Assembly (NCBI GenBank): GCA_977017645.1 | Contig: OZ360253.1 | Span: 30,318,001 to 30,382,000 of the forward strand | Source of the DNA: Torpedo marmorata | Taxonomy: Eukaryota | Reading direction: 5' to 3' | Length of the DNA stretch: 64,000 nt | Part shown: piece by piece, positions 62,960 to 64,000 of the stretch | How the letters are laid out: every line of letters starts with the position of its first letter | How positions within the stretch are numbered: the first letter of the stretch is position 1 | The notes under the pieces: model-generated | Database searches by the model: none | Seen by the model: only the letters and a program-made list of their open reading frames with translations | What the model was told of the DNA's origin: nothing | Translations under genes and position numbers: made by a program

Positions 62960-63196
62960 CTGGCTCGATCACCCTCTCAGCCAGCAGATCTTGGAAGCTA
63001 AGCAGGCATAGGACTGGTCAGTACTTGGAGGGGAGACCGCCAAGGAACACCAGGTGCTGTAGGTTTCTGTGAGGGGCGCTGGACAAAGTAACGACTTTCT
63101 GTCTGCCTTACGGTAGACAAAAATTAAAGAATTTCATGTATGTTACATTCTAAAAAATGTAGTATTACGTGACAATAATGGAACCTTTACCTTTAC
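62960..63196 (+). mobile_element. 5S rRNA-derived SINE (SINE3-type) with the shared hairpin and Rex1-like tail
   Basis: 62987-63066 GATCTTGGAAGCTAAGCAGG..GTACTTGGAGGGGAGACCGCC..GGTGCTGTAGGTTT resembles the 3' two-thirds of 5S rRNA (boxes A, IE, C), followed directly by the 3' module and an (ACCTTT)n tail. Confidence 0.85.
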
Positions 63197-63740
63197 CCGT
63201 CCACCAGCCAACTGCTGAATTAACAAAGGAAGACAGGCATTTTCTATCCTGTCCAATGTTCCAACACCCTATGTTTCTATGATGGGTGACTAAGACAATG
63301 CACAAACCTTCAAATATTTGAGCAATTCTGAAGTAAAGCAACAGGGAGCCTAGCTTGACAGATATGTTCCTTTGGGAACAGAACCTATGAAGTGTGAAAC
63401 AAAAGAGCCAGCTCCTTATCCAGAAGCTGTCTGGGATTGAAAGAGAATTTTCAATGACTCGTTCTCCAGTGTTTCACCTTGTTATGCCATCTCGTCTTCT
63501 CAACCCCTGTCAGTGTTTATCTCATACATAGAGCTTCTAAAGAAAATGAATTGCTGAAGTTAATGGCTTGTTGTGTTCTGCCACAAACATGTTTCATTCT
63601 GATCCATTTACACGGCATCTGCATGTCAGAAACCTCCGTTAATGTGTCAGGTTTCCGAAACCTTTTGTGCCTATCAAGACAGCTGTGCTGTACCGTTTCC
63701 TCATTCTTGAACCTCCCTGTACCACTCTAATCACAACATT

Positions 63741-64000
63741 ACTCCAGGACCACCAGACATCTGTCTGCACTACTCCAGGACCACCAGACATCTGTCTGCA
63801 CTACTGCAGGACCACCAGACATCTGTCTGCACTACTGCAGGACCACCAGACATCTGTCTGCATTAATCCAGTACCACCAGACATCTGTCTGCACTACTCC
63901 AAGACCACCAGACATCTGTCTGCACTACTCCAAGACCACCAGACATCTGTCTGCACTACTCCAGGACCACCAGGCATCTGTCTGCACTACTCCAGGACCA
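63741..64000. repeat. 31-bp minisatellite, at least 8 copies, running off the window edge
   Basis: Unit ACTCCAGGACCACCAGACATCTGTCTGCACT. Confidence 0.97.

Noticed and set aside
62987-63066. Functional 5S rRNA gene
   Set aside because: The 5' third is divergent, there are many substitutions, there is no T4+ terminator, and it is fused to a retroelement tail.

Overview
Vertebrate genomic DNA, most likely from a cartilaginous fish (ray, skate or shark; inferred from HE1/V-SINE-like and SacSINE1/DeuSINE-like SINEs and the CR1 profile). The window is intronic or intergenic and mostly transposon-derived. No host protein-coding gene is recognisable. Every ORF with a recognisable product is a transposon fragment. 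The retroelements are at least five Rex1/Babar LINE subfamilies, CR1 LINEs, L1/Tx1-type LINE 3' ends (mostly with 14-20 bp TSDs), Penelope-like GIY-YIG elements carrying minimal hammerhead-like motifs, and tRNA-derived SINEs. The DNA elements are a rearranged Tc1, hAT and Tigger/Tc2-type MITEs and a non-autonomous Helitron, plus a 3.3 kb 44-bp minisatellite and a 31-bp minisatellite. The most notable observations are: (i) a modular non-autonomous retroelement group in which one 3' module (conserved GTCTGCC-TTAC-GGCAGAC hairpin plus a Rex1-like tail) is attached either to a 5S rRNA-derived head or to a long GC-rich head with YY1-like motifs; (ii) an L1 copy with a twin-priming-type 5' inversion and a possible short 3' transduction; (iii) Penelope hammerhead motifs that all carry U instead of the conserved C3; (iv) a four-level nest (non-autonomous element > Helitron > CR1 > Rex1); (v) a MITE with three TCTCGCGAGA motifs plus a YY1-like site. 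A few minus-strand splice signals may mark exons of an unidentified host transcript (low confidence). Boundaries were read by eye and are approximate unless a TSD or TIR is quoted. Novelty of any family cannot be confirmed without database searches.
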